From Pelagomonas calceolata (Eukaryota), in contig CAKKNE010000003.1 of NCBI GenBank assembly GCA_918797485.1, positions 3,100,001-3,164,000 on the forward strand: DNA of 64,000 bases, in the 5' to 3' direction. A program made the position numbers and the translations under genes. Under the pieces are notes generated by a model. It was not told the origin of the DNA, did no database searches, and saw only the letters and a list, made by a program, of their open reading frames with translations. Within the stretch, counting starts at the first letter, position 1; the number at the start of each line of letters is the position of its first letter. Positions 12,801-25,198 of the stretch are shown here, piece after piece.

Positions 12801-15800
12801 CTGCTGCCACGTGTGCGTGGCGGCGGCGCCTCCATCTGCTTCGGATCCGCTCGACATCGATCAGGGAGCGGGGTCGTGGCGCGCGCGCGTCCTCGACCCG
12901 GCGTCGCAGCGCGCCCGCGACGACGCCGATTTTGTTGCTGGAGAGGCCCCGGCGGAGGCCGCCGCGCGGGGGCGCATCATTGATCTGCGGCGGCGCGCGG
13001 CGACGGGTGATGTCATCGATAGCCTCCTCGCGCTCCAGGACCTCGTGATGGACGGCCACGCGATCGACGACGCCCACGAGAGGCATCACTATAAAGCCGA
13101 CGTGGCGTACGCGCTTCAGGACCTCCTGGCGAGCCCCGACGTCACGGAGTGCGGCGGGCGTATTGTGCGCGAGAGCGACGTCGCGCAAGCCTGGGGCGAC
13201 GCGCGGCGCGCGGGCGCGAGCGCGCGGCGCCGGATCCTCCGCGACGCGTCGCCCGCGCACGACGAACGGGTCCGGGGCCTCGTCGGCGCGCTGGACGCCG
13301 TCCTTCATGAACGCGACGCCCTGCTCGTACCCGGCGATGACCTCGTGCCGCTCGAGCGGGCCCGCGACGCGGTCGCGGCGTGGACCGGGTCCGCGGATCT
13401 GGACGAAGCCCAGTACGTCTTGCTCGCCATCACGTGCGCCATGGTCCGCAAGGCCTTGGTAGGAGACGACGCCCCCGCCACGACCGCGCGCGCGGTGCTG
13501 GGCCGCGTCGAGGCCCTGTTCCGGATTACCGACACCGCGCCGTGCCGCCTCTGGAAGCGCGCGGCGAAGGAGGCCGGCTGGCCGCGCGCGCCGTTGCATG
13601 CTCAACGCGTCGACGGGGTCACCACGGCGGCCCGGGACCTGGCGTTTCCGGGCCGCGGCGACGCGGGCCTCGCGCCGCACGCGGCCCTCGCGGCGGCGCT
13701 GGCGGTGGACGGCGCGATGCGGCGCGACGCCGCCGACGCGCGCGCGACGCAAGCGTGGGCCCTCGCCACGCGCCGGGACTGCCCGGACTACGGTTTTCTG
13801 GGGGAGGCGTGGGCCGCGGCGCGGGCCGCGGCGGCGACGCGCTGGGCCGCGCGCGGGGTCCCGCTGCAGAACGACGAGGGGGGCGAGGACGTCGTCGTGC
13901 TCTGGGCCTGCGACGACGGGGGCCTCCTGGACCGGTGGGCGCACGTCCAGAGCTGCGCGTGCGCCGCCGTGAGCGTCGCGCGCGCGGAGGCGGCGGTCGT
14001 CGCCGACGTCGCGGAGGCGGACGCGACGGGCGGGGGCGTCGACGGCGCGGCCTGCGACCGCCTCGCCGGGGCGATCCTGGCCGAGACGACGCGGCCCCCG
14101 ACGGACGCGTCGGCGTTCATCTCGCTCGGCTGGGTCCGCGCGAAGAACGTGGGCGCCGCCGCGACGCTGCGGCGCGTGACGAACGGCGTCGTGGGCCGCT
14201 GGGCCCGGGCCTGCGACGTCGCGCCGTACCTCGCAGACCGCGACGGCCTGGCGCTGGCGCCCCGCGCGGCCGCGGCCGCGGAGCCGCTGCCGGGGGCGCT
14301 CGCCGGCGACGCGCTCGTGTGCCGGGGCCTGCGCCTGCTGCGGGCGCCGGCGCCCCTGGTCGCCGTCGCGCAGCGGTGCCGCCAGCTCCGGGCCGTCGCG
14401 CGCCTGCTCCGGGAGGACGCGGGTGTCGACAGGGCGCGGCGCGCGGCGCTGCGCGCGGGCCGCGCGCACCTCGCGGCGACGCCCGGGGCGCCGCCCGACG
14501 TGCAGCGGCGCTTCGACGGCGGTGACGTGGGCGGCGGCTGGGCCGCGCTGGGCGCGGCGCGCGTGCTGGCGCTCGCCGCGTGCGCGCTGGACCCGGGCGC
14601 GCGCGCGGCCGCCAAGCTCGAGGCGCACGACCACCACGTAAAGGTGGTGGAGGTAGCGCACCGCGCAGCTCTCGCGGACGCGGCCCGCTTCGGCGACCGG
14701 GGTTTGGTGGGGGAGGCGCGGCGCGCGGTCGAGGCGGCACACGAGCGGCGCGAGGCGCTGGCGGCGCGCGCGACGTTCGAGCGCGCGAGCGACGCGCCGC
14801 CGTGGGCGTCGCTCCGGGAGGCGCTGGGGCGGTGCGCGGTCCTGGCCACGCGAATATCACCGCTGCTGGACGCGCTGGACCGTCGATCGGCGGACGCGCG
14901 GGCGGCGGCCGCCGCGTGGCGCGCGGCGGCGGCCGAGGCGGCCGAGGCCATCGACCGGGCGCACGCTTCGTCTCGATTGGACGTCGTGGAGCCCCTTTGC
15001 GCGGCGCTGCGCACGAGCTGCTTCGGCCTGCTGCTGCGTCTAGAGGAAGACCGCGACGCCGGGTGGCGGTTCCCGTTCGGCGCCGCGGCGCCGTCGGACC
15101 CGGTCTTCGATCTGTGGCGGTGCGAGCTCGACGACATGATTCAGGGGCGGCGCTCGTCCGCGTTCGACGAGGCCCTGCAGCGCGTCGTGGCCGCGTGGCG
15201 CGACCGCGCGCCGACGGAGGCCGACGAGCGGCGGCTCGCGTCGGGGTTCCTCGCGCGCGGCGCGACTGCTGCTCCTCCAGCCGAGGAGGGGGAGGAAGCG
15301 GAGGCCCTGGACACCACGCAGGACGCGTCCCTGCTGCACGTCGCGTGCGGCGCGTGGTTCCGGCGCGCGCGCGGCGCGGGCGACGCCGCCCGCCTCCGGA
15401 GCGCCGCGGTCCGCGCGGGCGTCGCGGCGCTCGACCGCGGCGACGACGCCGCGCACGCCGGCGCGCTGGCCCACGTCTTGGAAAGCGAGGCGGCGCTGCT
15501 GGACCCGTCCATCGACGTTGTACCGAAAAACGCGCGGAGCCTCGTCGAGCGGCTCGCGGCGCTGGGCCTGCCCGAGGTGTCTCCCGACGTCGGGTGGGGC
15601 GCCGCCTGCGCGCGCGACGCCGTCGGGCCGTGCACCCGGCTGCTCGAGCGCTGCGCGGAGTTATTGAAGCAGTGGCCGCAGAATGCGACGCTCGAACGAA
15701 TTGTACGAGTGGGCGACGCCCTGCTCTCCTCCAAGATTGAGGTGTTAGGCAAGGTCCTCGCCGGCCTCGAGGTGCTGCTGCACCGGGCCCAGGACTGGGA

Positions 15801-18800
15801 GGAGCACGCGGCGAGGCACGTGACGCTCGAAGACGAGCTCAAGGCGATCCGCGCCGTCGTGGCGCGCTGGCGGGGCGTCGAGGTAAAGCGGTGGCCGTCT
15901 TTAATCCAGGGCGTGGAGGAGCGTAGTGTTGGTAGTGAAGTGTTGGAGTCGTTTCTGCGGCTGCGCGAGCTCATACCGACGACGCAAAATAGCATCCCGG
16001 CGTGGCTGCGCAAGGACCTGCCCTTTTATGATGACGAAGGCGAATTAATAAGTGAGGACGCCTTCGATAGGCTCGACGGTTTCCTGCGGGACGGCACGCG
16101 GGGCGACTTTAGCGCGAGGGTCGAGCTCGTAAAGACGCTAGGAGAAGCCACGGGCCGCCATGAAGTAAGAGCATTGGCGGACCAGTACGGGCTGGCGCTG
16201 CCCGACGTTCTGAAAGATGTGGAGAAGGCGCGCGCGCAGCACCTCAAGGAGCTCGCGGACGAATCAAAACTGGCCAGCTGGGACGACCGGAACTACCACC
16301 GCCTCGAGGCGTGCACGCTTGCGTCACGGAAGACGCTGCGGCGCATCCTCGGTGCCTTCCGGGACGTATTGATGGAGCCCGTCGCGCCCATTCTACAACG
16401 GCGCGCGGCGCCGCCCGATGGCGCGGCTCCCTTCGTCAAGGACGAGGCAATTGAGGAGGAGGCCCGGGTCTTCGGTCCCGCGCCCTTGATTGGTGTGGCT
16501 CCGGCCACGACCTACGGCCCGCGGCTCCCGCAGCTCGCGACGCGCATGCGGGCGGTCCTTTCATCAAAACCGGCGTCGGACGACGCGGCGGAGCGCGTCG
16601 CGGCGACGATCCTGGGGCGGTGCGCCTACCTGCGGGAGCACCCCGCGACGCCGCGGGCCGTGAAGCGCCGGGCCGTCGTCGACCTGGCGCGGGGGCTCAA
16701 GGGCGAGGGCCTCGGCGGCGCGGTCCCGGCCGCGGTCTGGGACGCGCGGACCGGGGCCAGCGCCGCCGCGGCCGTGCGACACGACGGCGGCTACTTCGCG
16801 CGGGCCGCGGCCGAGGTGCAGCTCCTGCGGCACGAGCGCGCGCAGCACGACCGCGACGTGACGCCGCGCGAGGCGGCCCAGCTCAAGAGCGCCTGCGCGC
16901 GCCTCCAGCTCCTCCTGCTCCGGGAGCGCGTCGCGCTGGGCCGGCTGCAGCACGATCTGGAGCGGTGCGACGCGGCGCTGGAGGTGCTCGCCGTGGACGC
17001 GGTGCCGCGCGACGCGCGCATCTTGGACGCGGCGGCGCCGGTCGCCGCGCGCGGCGCCGAGGTCGCGGCGCAACTCAGATTGGCGGGCGGCCGCGTCGAC
17101 GCCCACGCCTTGGAGAAGCTGGCGTCGTCGTGCGAGACCACCAAGCGGCGCCTCGCGTCGTCCGAGTCGGAGGCGGGCGAGCGCGCGGCGCTCGTCGCGG
17201 CGCTGCGCGCGGCGGCGGCGAGCTGCGAGGGCGGGCCCGCGGCCGCGGCCGCCCGGACCGCGTTGGAGGAGTTAGTGAAGGCGGCGCGCGTCGCGCCGGA
17301 GGGCGACGGCGGCGACCGCGCGGCCGCGTTCGACGCGTGCGTCGAGGCGGCCCTCCTGACGGCGCAGCGCTTGCGAGAAGATGATGACCAAGGCGAGACG
17401 GTCGGCGACCAGTCCTCGGCGCGGGTCACGCGCGCGGCGACGCTCAAACTAGGTAGATTGGCCGACGCGCTCGAGGCGCTGGCCCGGCCGACGGCATCTT
17501 CGTCGAACGTGACCCTGGCGGTCGCCGCGTTGAGCGTGGTCGTGCCCTGTCGCAACGCGGCGATGGCGGCGTGGCGCGAGGACGCGCGGCGGCACCGGTC
17601 CCTGGCCAAGCTGTGCTACGTGTGTTGTCGAGTGGTCCGGGCGCTCTTCGCGCGCGGCCTCTGCGAGGAGTCGGACGACGACGGGCCCCAGGACTCGGGG
17701 CGCACGGAAGACTGCGACGGCACGGGCATGGGCGAGGGCGACGTGAGCGAGGCGAAGGACGTCAGCAACGAGATCGACAACGAGGAGCAGCTGCTCGGGC
17801 TCAAGGACGAGGCGCGGGAGGAGCACGAGGGCGACAACGACGGCCAGCAGGAGAAGCTGCGGGGCGAGGAGAAGGACCAGGGCGTGGAGATGGAGGGCGC
17901 CTTCGACGGCGAGCGGCGCGAGCAGGAGGACGACGACGACGGAGAGGACGACGGGGGCGACGACGTTGATGACGAGGGCGAGGAAGTGGACCGGGAGCTG
18001 GGCGACGCGGGGGACGAGGCCGAGGCCGTCGACGAGCGGCTCTGGGGCGGCGACGACGACGACCGCGAGGGCGACGCCGACAACAAGGACGAGGCGATGC
18101 CCGAGGCGTCGCGCGCCGACGGCGAGGCGGCGACGGACGACGTCCGCGCGCGCGAGGAGGAGGCGGGCGACGGCGCGCCGCCGCCCGACCCGGAACAAGC
18201 GAAGGAGGACGCGGACGTGGGCGACGACGACGACGGCGCGGCGCCGCCCGCGGCCGACGAGGCGGCGCGGCCGCCGGGCCGCGACGACGCGCGCGAGGAC
18301 GCGGCCAAGGACGCCAAGGCGGAGGAGGAGGTGGTCGAGGAGGTCGGCGACGGCGGCGACGGCGACGACGGCGAGGAGGCCGGCGCCTACGAGGACGCGG
18401 CCGGGTACGACGACGCGGGCGACGGGGGCGACGACGACGCGGGCGAGGCCCTGCCGGACAGCATGGAGATCGACGAGCCGGCGGCGGAGGGCGACGGCGA
18501 CGACGAAATAGAAGAGGCGGAGGGCGGCCGCCCGGAGGACGTCGAGGCGGAGGACGAGGACGGCGACGCCGGCGGCGGCGCGGACGCGGCGATGGACGCG
18601 GCCGGCGACGACGCCGAGGACGTCGCCGCGGCGGCGACGGCCGCGGGCGAGTCGGCGCTCGCGGCCGAGAACCGGTCCGACGCGCGCGCGGCCGCGGGCG
18701 AGGGCGCCGCGGGCGCCGCGACGCAGATCGGCGGCGACGCGCTCGCGGGCGGCGACGCGGGGGCCGGCGGCGACGGCGCCGAGGGCGCCGCCTCGGCGGG

Positions 18801-18806
18801 CGACGC

Positions 18807-18839
<33 letters not shown>

Positions 18840-20343
18840 GAGCGCGCAGGCGGCCGCGCCCGCGGCCGCGGCGGCGGCGCCCGAGCGCCGCGCGCCGAAC
18901 CCCTACGCGACGCCGGCCGCGGCGGCAGAGCACTGGCGCGCGCGCCTCGCGGCCGCCGAAGCGGCCTCCGCCGATAACAACGACGACGACGACGCGGGCG
19001 GCGGCGACCGCTTCGAGTTCACGGACCGGCGCGCGGACGCGGCGGCGCTCGGCGGCGCCGGCGACGACGCCGCGGACCGGCCCGGGGAGGCGCCGCGCGG
19101 CGGCGCGGACGAGCCCGTCGAGCGCGCGCGCGGCGTCGACGAGGGTAACGAAGCCGTGGACGCGCCGCCGGGCGACGATGCCATGGACGCGAGCGACGAC
19201 GAGGCCGCGACGCCGGCCGAGGCGAATCAGAGCCGGACGCGCGCCGCCGACGACCCCGAGGCGGAGACCAGCGCGACGGCGGGCGGCGGCGCCGCGCCGC
19301 GCCCCGAGCACCGGGACGCCGACGGCGACGAGGAGATGGCCGAGGCGGCGCCGCTCGCGCCCGGGGACGCCGAGGACGCCGAGGACGAGGCCGGGCCGTC
19401 GTCGATCAACGTCGACCCGGCGTTGCTTTTGGATCGGGACGCGATGGACGTCGAACACGCATCGGAAAGCAATGGAGAGGGCGAGCCCTACCTCGCGGAG
19501 GACCAGTGGCGGGACCACCAGCGCCGCGCCGCGCCCGTGGCGCGGCGCCTCGCCGAGGCGCTACGCGTCGTGCTCGAGCCGACGGTGACGGCGCGGTTGA
19601 AGGGCGACTACCGCACGGGCAAGCGCCTGAACATGCGGCGGGTGCTCGACTACGTCGCGTCCGGGTACCGGCGGGACAAGATCTGGCTGCGGCGGACGCG
19701 GCCGTCGAAGCGGTGCTACCAGATCTTCATCGCGCTGGACGACTCGCGGTCGATGCGCGACCACGGCGGCGCCGACGCGGCGCTCGCGGCGCTCGCGGCG
19801 CTCGTCGGCGGGCTCCGCGCGCTCGAGGCGGGCGACCTGAGCATCGCGGCCTTCGGGGACGCCGTGCGGCTCCTGCACCCGTTCCAGGGGTCGTGCCCGT
19901 CGGAGGCGCAGCTCGAGGCGCTGGCGAAGCGGTTCACGTTCGCCGACGAGAAGACGCGGTGCGGCGCGCTGCTCGACAGGGCCTTGGAAGATTTAAGGGA
20001 GGCGCGCCTGCGGAGCGCCGGGCGGGCGGCGCCGCTGCAGCTCGTCCTGCTCGTGAGCGACGGCCGCTTCGACGCGTCGGCGCGCGCGCAGCTCCGGCGC
20101 GCGCAGCGGGACGCCGTCGACGCGGGCGTCGCCGTCGTCCTCGTGCTGCTCGACCGGCCGGGCCGCGACTCGATCCTGGAGATGCAGATCGTGGCCTTCG
20201 ACGCGCAGGGCGGCGTCGCGATCAGCCCATACCTCGACGGCTACCCGTTCCCGTGCTACGTCGTGCTCCGGGACGTGCGCGAGCTGCCGGAGACGCTCGC
20301 GGCGGCGCTGAAGCAGTGGTTCGAGTTCCACCACGCGGCGTAA
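6853..20343 (+). CDS. MDN1: midasin (AAA+ ribosome biogenesis ATPase)
   Basis: 4496 aa; six AAA modules (GEPGGGKT, GPTCAGKT, GETGGGKT, GPPGVGKS, repeated LLDELNLA), D/E-rich region, C-terminal MIDAS 'GDYRTGKRLNMR..DKIWLRRTRPSKR..DDSRSM'. Confidence 0.97.
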
Positions 20344-20365
20344 AGGTGTCCTGTGTTCCTAGTCA

Positions 20366-21043
20366 CTAGTCCCAGTTACCGTAGATGAAGCGCCCCGACG
20401 CGCCGGCCTTGGCCTCGGCCAGCAGCTTCTCCTTCTCCGCCTTGGCCTTGGCCGCGGCGTCCTCCGCCGTGCCCATGCGTATGCGCACGACCTTGATCGG
20501 GTCCGCGGGCCGGTCGTCGTCCGCCGTCGCGCCGCGCGCGGCCTTCTTCGCGACATCTAAATCACCCCGCCTCACGAGCTTGCCGAAGACGAAGTGCGAC
20601 GCCGGCGACTCGAGCTCCCAGGCGTCAGCCCACCGGTTGTGGTCGCAGTTGATCACGAACTGCGACGAGCAGCTGTCCGGCCGGCCGAGGTTGATCATGG
20701 CCAGCGTCCCCGCGTAGTTCGAGAGCTGCTCCGTGCCGACCTCGTCCCGGACGTAGCCGCCCGGGAGCCGCTCGACCAGGCGACCGTCGGGCGCGCGGAA
20801 CGCGGACCCGTCGGGCGCGGCGCCCGTGCCCGCCTTGGAGGAATGCGGGTCCTTCGAGTGCGGGCAGCCCATGCCCAGAACCATCTTCGGCGCGAGCAGG
20901 TGCACGTGCGTGCCGTCGTAGAAGCGCTTCTCGACGAGGTCGATGAAGTTGGCCGCCGTGAGGGGCATTGGCCGGAGGAAAATCTCGGCCGTGAAGTTGC
21001 CCAGGCTCGTCGTGATGGTGCACGAGGGGTTGTCGCGCGGCAT
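20366..21043 (-). CDS. cyclophilin-type peptidyl-prolyl isomerase
   Basis: 'TTSLGNF..MPLTAANFIDLVEKRFYDGTHVH', 'GTLAMIN..SSQFVIN', 'HFVFGK'. Confidence 0.88.
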   Translation of the reverse strand: MPRDNPSCTITTSLGNFTAEIFLRPMPLTAANFIDLVEKRFYDGTHVHLLAPKMVLGMGCPHSKDPHSSKAGTGAAPDGSAFRAPDGRLVERLPGGYVRDEVGTEQLSNYAGTLAMINLGRPDSCSSQFVINCDHNRWADAWELESPASHFVFGKLVRRGDLDVAKKAARGATADDDRPADPIKVVRIRMGTAEDAAAKAKAEKEKLLAEAKAGASGRFIYGNWD

Positions 21044-21269
21044 GGCTGCCCTGGCTCTGCCTGAAGCTCTCGAGAAGGCTGTCGCACGCCGCGATTGGTG
21101 GTGAAGCTATCGAGGGCCGTCCATTTTAGGCAGCCCGCGGCCCCAATGCCGAGCCTCGGGCCTCGCGCGCCCGCGTGCGGGGTCCGTTCCTAGTACGAAG
21201 AGCCTCGCCTCGTCGCGGCCGCCGTCTCTAGCCGCCGTCGACGACGAGATAGGTATCTAGATGTACAGT

Positions 21270-22115
21270 TTACTTCTTCTTCGCCAGAGCCTTCTTCGCC
21301 GGCGCTTTGGCCTTCGCGGCCGGGGCGGCCTTGGCCGGGAAGGTCCACGCCGCGCCGGGCGCCGTCGAGGGCTTCTTGGCCCAGGCCTCGCCGGGCGAGC
21401 CCGCGCGCTTCCAGGCGTGGTCGGCGTTCTCGGCGGACCCGGGCACGCGGTGGCCGTGCTGGACGCACTCGCCGTCGCCGTGGAACTTGAGCGGGCGGAA
21501 GTAGTGCGACGCGTTCGGCCGGGGCCGCGCGAAGTGCTTCGTCTCCGTCCCGTTGACCTTGAGGTCCGTCTCGACCCACTTCTGGAGGAAGTTGTGCGAG
21601 TACGTGTTCGTGCCGTACTGTTTGTTGCGCTCGATGGGCGCCGCGACCTCGAAGGCCCAGCCCATCTTCGTCGCGAAGCGCGCGGCCTGCTCCGCCGTCT
21701 CGAACTTGAGCTCCGTGTTGGAGAGGGGGTCGGCCGTCGACGTCCAGCCCATGAGCGGGTTCGTCCAGCGCTCCTCGGTCTTCCAGCCCAGGCGCCAGGC
21801 CTTGGACGCGTGGCTCGCGGACGTCGTCGCGGCCTGGGCCTTCTGCGAGATGACGACGGTGCGTTTTTTATGAATCTCGGGGATGCGCATGAGCGCGGCG
21901 GCCTCCTCGGGGTGGGCGGGACCCGCCGGCGCGAGGCCGTCGGGCACGACGGCGATGTGCGGCGCCGTCACGCTCCGGTTGCGCTCGGCCTTGATGCGCT
22001 CGAGGTTCGCGAGGTCCGCGGCCATCTCGGGGTCCTCCGTCGAGAAGCAGCGCAGGCGCGGCCGCGCGAGGGACGCGGCGCGCCGCGGCAGGGCCCGCAG
22101 GAGGGCGGCGGCCAT
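21270..22115 (-). CDS. NDUFS4: NADH:ubiquinone oxidoreductase subunit S4
   Basis: 'ERWTNPLMGWTSTADP..LKFETAEQAARFA..GW' plus an Arg-rich mitochondrial presequence. Confidence 0.9.
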   Translation of the reverse strand: MAAALLRALPRRAASLARPRLRCFSTEDPEMAADLANLERIKAERNRSVTAPHIAVVPDGLAPAGPAHPEEAAALMRIPEIHKKRTVVISQKAQAATTSASHASKAWRLGWKTEERWTNPLMGWTSTADPLSNTELKFETAEQAARFATKMGWAFEVAAPIERNKQYGTNTYSHNFLQKWVETDLKVNGTETKHFARPRPNASHYFRPLKFHGDGECVQHGHRVPGSAENADHAWKRAGSPGEAWAKKPSTAPGAAWTFPAKAAPAAKAKAPAKKALAKKK

Positions 22116-23142
22116 ATTGCTCCTTTTTTGGTAGGCGCGGCCCTAGGTAGTCCCGCGCGCGGCCGGCTGAGACTTAGGGCTTGACCAGGGCTTCTTTCCG
22201 CGGCCGTAGGAGCGTAGCAGGCGGTGGCGCGTAGGTGATCAAGCCAAAGGACTCGATGCTCAAGCAGGCTAGTGCCTTACAAGCTAGACACGAATCGCCT
22301 CCGGAGCCTTCTCTCCCGCTCCTGACTCGTCACACGGTGGCGGAGGACGTCGGCGCAGCAAAAAGAATGACTAAAACCCGCCAAATACGGCTTGTCGTTG
22401 CTTGCGAATTGCGGCGCCGGTTGCTCACCGCAGCAGGCCGCGCGCGGACCGTAACCACGCTGCGCGAAGCTCGATCAAGGCCTATTGTGCTGCTGTGGCA
22501 GCGGCAGGACGCGGACGCACGCTACGCGCCGAAGGACGGGCAAACTGTGCCAAACTACCGTTAAAAGCAAATTACTGAGCGCACGCGCAGCGCGCGGTGA
22601 GAAGCGACATGTCTTGCACTAACAACAATTGCAGCGGTGGCTGCGGCACGTCGCACACACGAAGGAGGGGTGTGTCATTCGGGACGCCGCCGCTCGGTTT
22701 CAGCCCCTCGGGCGGTGCGCCGCGGAGCCGCGGATCTCAAAAGAAGCGGTGCAAGTCCGTGGCCGCAGCGGCTGCTACTTCCCGTGGCGCTGCGGTATTC
22801 CTAGTCGGCGAGGTCGAGTGTGTGTTGATGACCTGCACGATGTGCCGGTGCACGTTCGTGTCTGTGCTCGACGGCGTTCCTTGCTGTAATAGGGTGGATT
22901 GCGTGCGGGCCACCCGCGAGATGGACTGGATGCGGTACAAGCTCGGTCTCGGGGCGACGCATTTACCGTCGGCGCCCTGGAGCGCGCGCGCCGCGGCCCG
23001 CACTACCTGTAGTAACGGGCTTCTTCCTGCGCCCGCGACGACGTCTACGACCACGCAGACCGTCGACAAGGTGGCGGGCCCGGCGGCCTTCGTGGGGACA
23101 TCGCCGACCCCTAGAAGCAGGAAGTCGTCGCGCGAGCGAGGA

Positions 23143-24453
23143 CTACCAGCCGTCCGCCGCGACGCCCGAATCAAGACGTTTGCCAAAGGTCGTCTTGATG
23201 ACCTTTGGCAAACCGCGGAACAGCTTCGTGTGTGCCTTCGTGCCTTTCTTGGGCGCCCATCCGTCGGGGATATCGTCCACCGATATTGTCTCGACGTTAA
23301 CGACCTCGTAGAGCGCGATTCGCCCTTCCTTTTTCATGTCGTGACGGAGCCGCATGAGCTTGAGAACCGCCTCCTCGGCCCCTTCGTCCAATGATGATGT
23401 CCATACATGGTTGTTTCCGCGGGTAAAACCATCTGGTAGCCGCACGTCCGTCGTGAGCTCGTTAACCGTTTTCATTACGACGTCTTCCTCCCGTAGGTTC
23501 AGCTGACCGACTTTGCGGGCTTTAGCTTTCGCTTTCAAGGGCTTCTCGCCCTCTGGGACATCTGCAGATGGGAAAACCTCCGTCGAACCACCGCCGCCGC
23601 CGCTCTGCTCACGATAACAATACAAAGTAGCGCTGCTGCCGAGGTCCTGGTCCTCTGGAGACAAGCGCGGGCGCATCAAGCAGCCTTCCTCGTTGAGAAT
23701 ACGGAGCTTGCTGGGGCAGTCACCCACCGCCTGCGTGCAAATCGACCGTCGGATGCGCAGGCTCGTATATCACTCCGTCGATCGAATGATTAGGAAACGG
23801 CATCGCCGCACCATCGAGCAGACGCCGCGTCGATGGCGCGGAGATCGACGCGTCGGAAGGCACCGCAAACACATGATGTGCGCGCCGCCCTATACAGAGC
23901 CCAAGGACTCCCACACGTCTGACAAGGGCATCGTCTTGCGGCACGAGTACACGAAGCAGTTGCCCGTGCTCATATCTTCGACTTTGAGTTCGACGGTATC
24001 CGCGCAGGACCCCATGGACGTGGCCGCGAGCACGGTCGACGCCTTCGCTGCAGCGGGCGCGGCGGCGAAACATGCTTCACGCACACCAGTCAAGTTTGTG
24101 CCATCGCCGAAGTGGACGGTGTACGTCGCATCGGCATGGAGGGCCATCGACGAGTAGCTTCTTGCGCGGCGATGGCGTCGTCGCCGCGCCTCTCTCGCCG
24201 GGGCGGTGCCGTCCAGGGCGAAGTCAATAATAATGACCCAGGGACGAGGCGACGGACCATGCCAGAGCCAAATGCTGGTGTAGATGGCTGCGGGGACGAC
24301 GACGGCGCCGACCTCAACCACGCTTGTGGCGTCCACCCCCGCGATGGACGAAACGTCGAGCAGCGTAGGCACCTCTCCTGACCGCAAGGAGCTGGGACTG
24401 TGGACGAAGTTCGCGACGAGCATCAGGAAGGTGGATTTCACCATGTGCGCCAT
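23143..24453 (-). CDS. orphan protein with internal SUMO/ubiquitin-like domain; two exons (24453-23896, 23730-23143)
   Basis: Removing the GT..AG intron 23895-23731 joins two ORFs in frame and gives 'VELKVED..FVYSCRKTMPLSDVWESLGS/AVGDCPSKLRIL..LSPEDQDL..LYCYREQSGG'. Confidence 0.55.
23731..23887. mobile_element. degenerate introner element
   Basis: Left end CTGCGTGCAAATC; right end GATGTGCGCGCCG (10/13 inverted match); internal CCATCGAGCAGACGCCGCGTCGATGG as in the 60578 element; eroded TSD CCCACCGC/CCCTATAC. Confidence 0.7.
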
Positions 24454-25198
24454 CTTGTAGTGTGATGGGATGGGGGGCGGGCGGTACTCCACTCACCCGC
24501 GCAGGGGCAGCACGGTGGGGAGCAGCAACCGCGCGCCGGGCTGCCTCGGGTCCGCAGCGGCGTCTGGCTGTGCCACGCTTTTCATGGCTAGTGCGTCGAC
24601 ACGCTAGGTGTTTTATACTCATCCTAGGGGTTGTTTTGGTTTTGAAGGTTCTGAGGTTTGAGGTTTAAGGACGAGCTGTTCGGGCATTTTGCCCACCATA
24701 CTAGCCCGAACAGCTCGCGAGACGTCTCCCTCGTGTCGGCTTCAGATTGATTCCTGAACGAGGGTGGCAGGTGGTCTCACTCGCAAGCCGCTGCAAGCGT
24801 GATTCCTAGTGTCTTTACAACCGCTAGCGCACTTTTAGTTTTTTTTGCGAGCCGAGCAACGCCGAGTCTTTGCTCCTCCGTGCGTACATCCTCGCGCCGG
24901 CCGCCAGTGCATCGCCCTAACCAAACGAAAAGCGTGTCGTGCGTCGTTGCTGTGGGCGAAACGCCGACGAGGTGACGCTGTTTGGAGCAGCCTGACGAGC
25001 ACTAAGGCTGGGGAGTTTAAGACAAAGCTAAAGATAAATCACTTGCGATCGAGCCCCGGGCCTCCTGAGCTCGCGGGTTTCTACGTCGACAGCCATTTTT
25101 GCGCGCCTCCAGCGCTAAAATAGGCCTGAGCTATTGCAAGCCCAAGCTCATCAAATCAAGTAGTCACGCCGCGCGCGTCGAACGGTGCAGCCTCGACC

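Noticed and set aside
7014..19518. Many long overlapping and antisense ORFs (e.g. 12325-14742, 17449-19518)
   Set aside because: Arg/Ala/Pro-rich shadow frames expected at this GC content; no motifs.
22597..23394. Cys-rich + strand ORF as a gene
   Set aside because: No recognisable domain, weak codon bias, and it overlaps the minus-strand ORF by about 250 bp; left uncalled.
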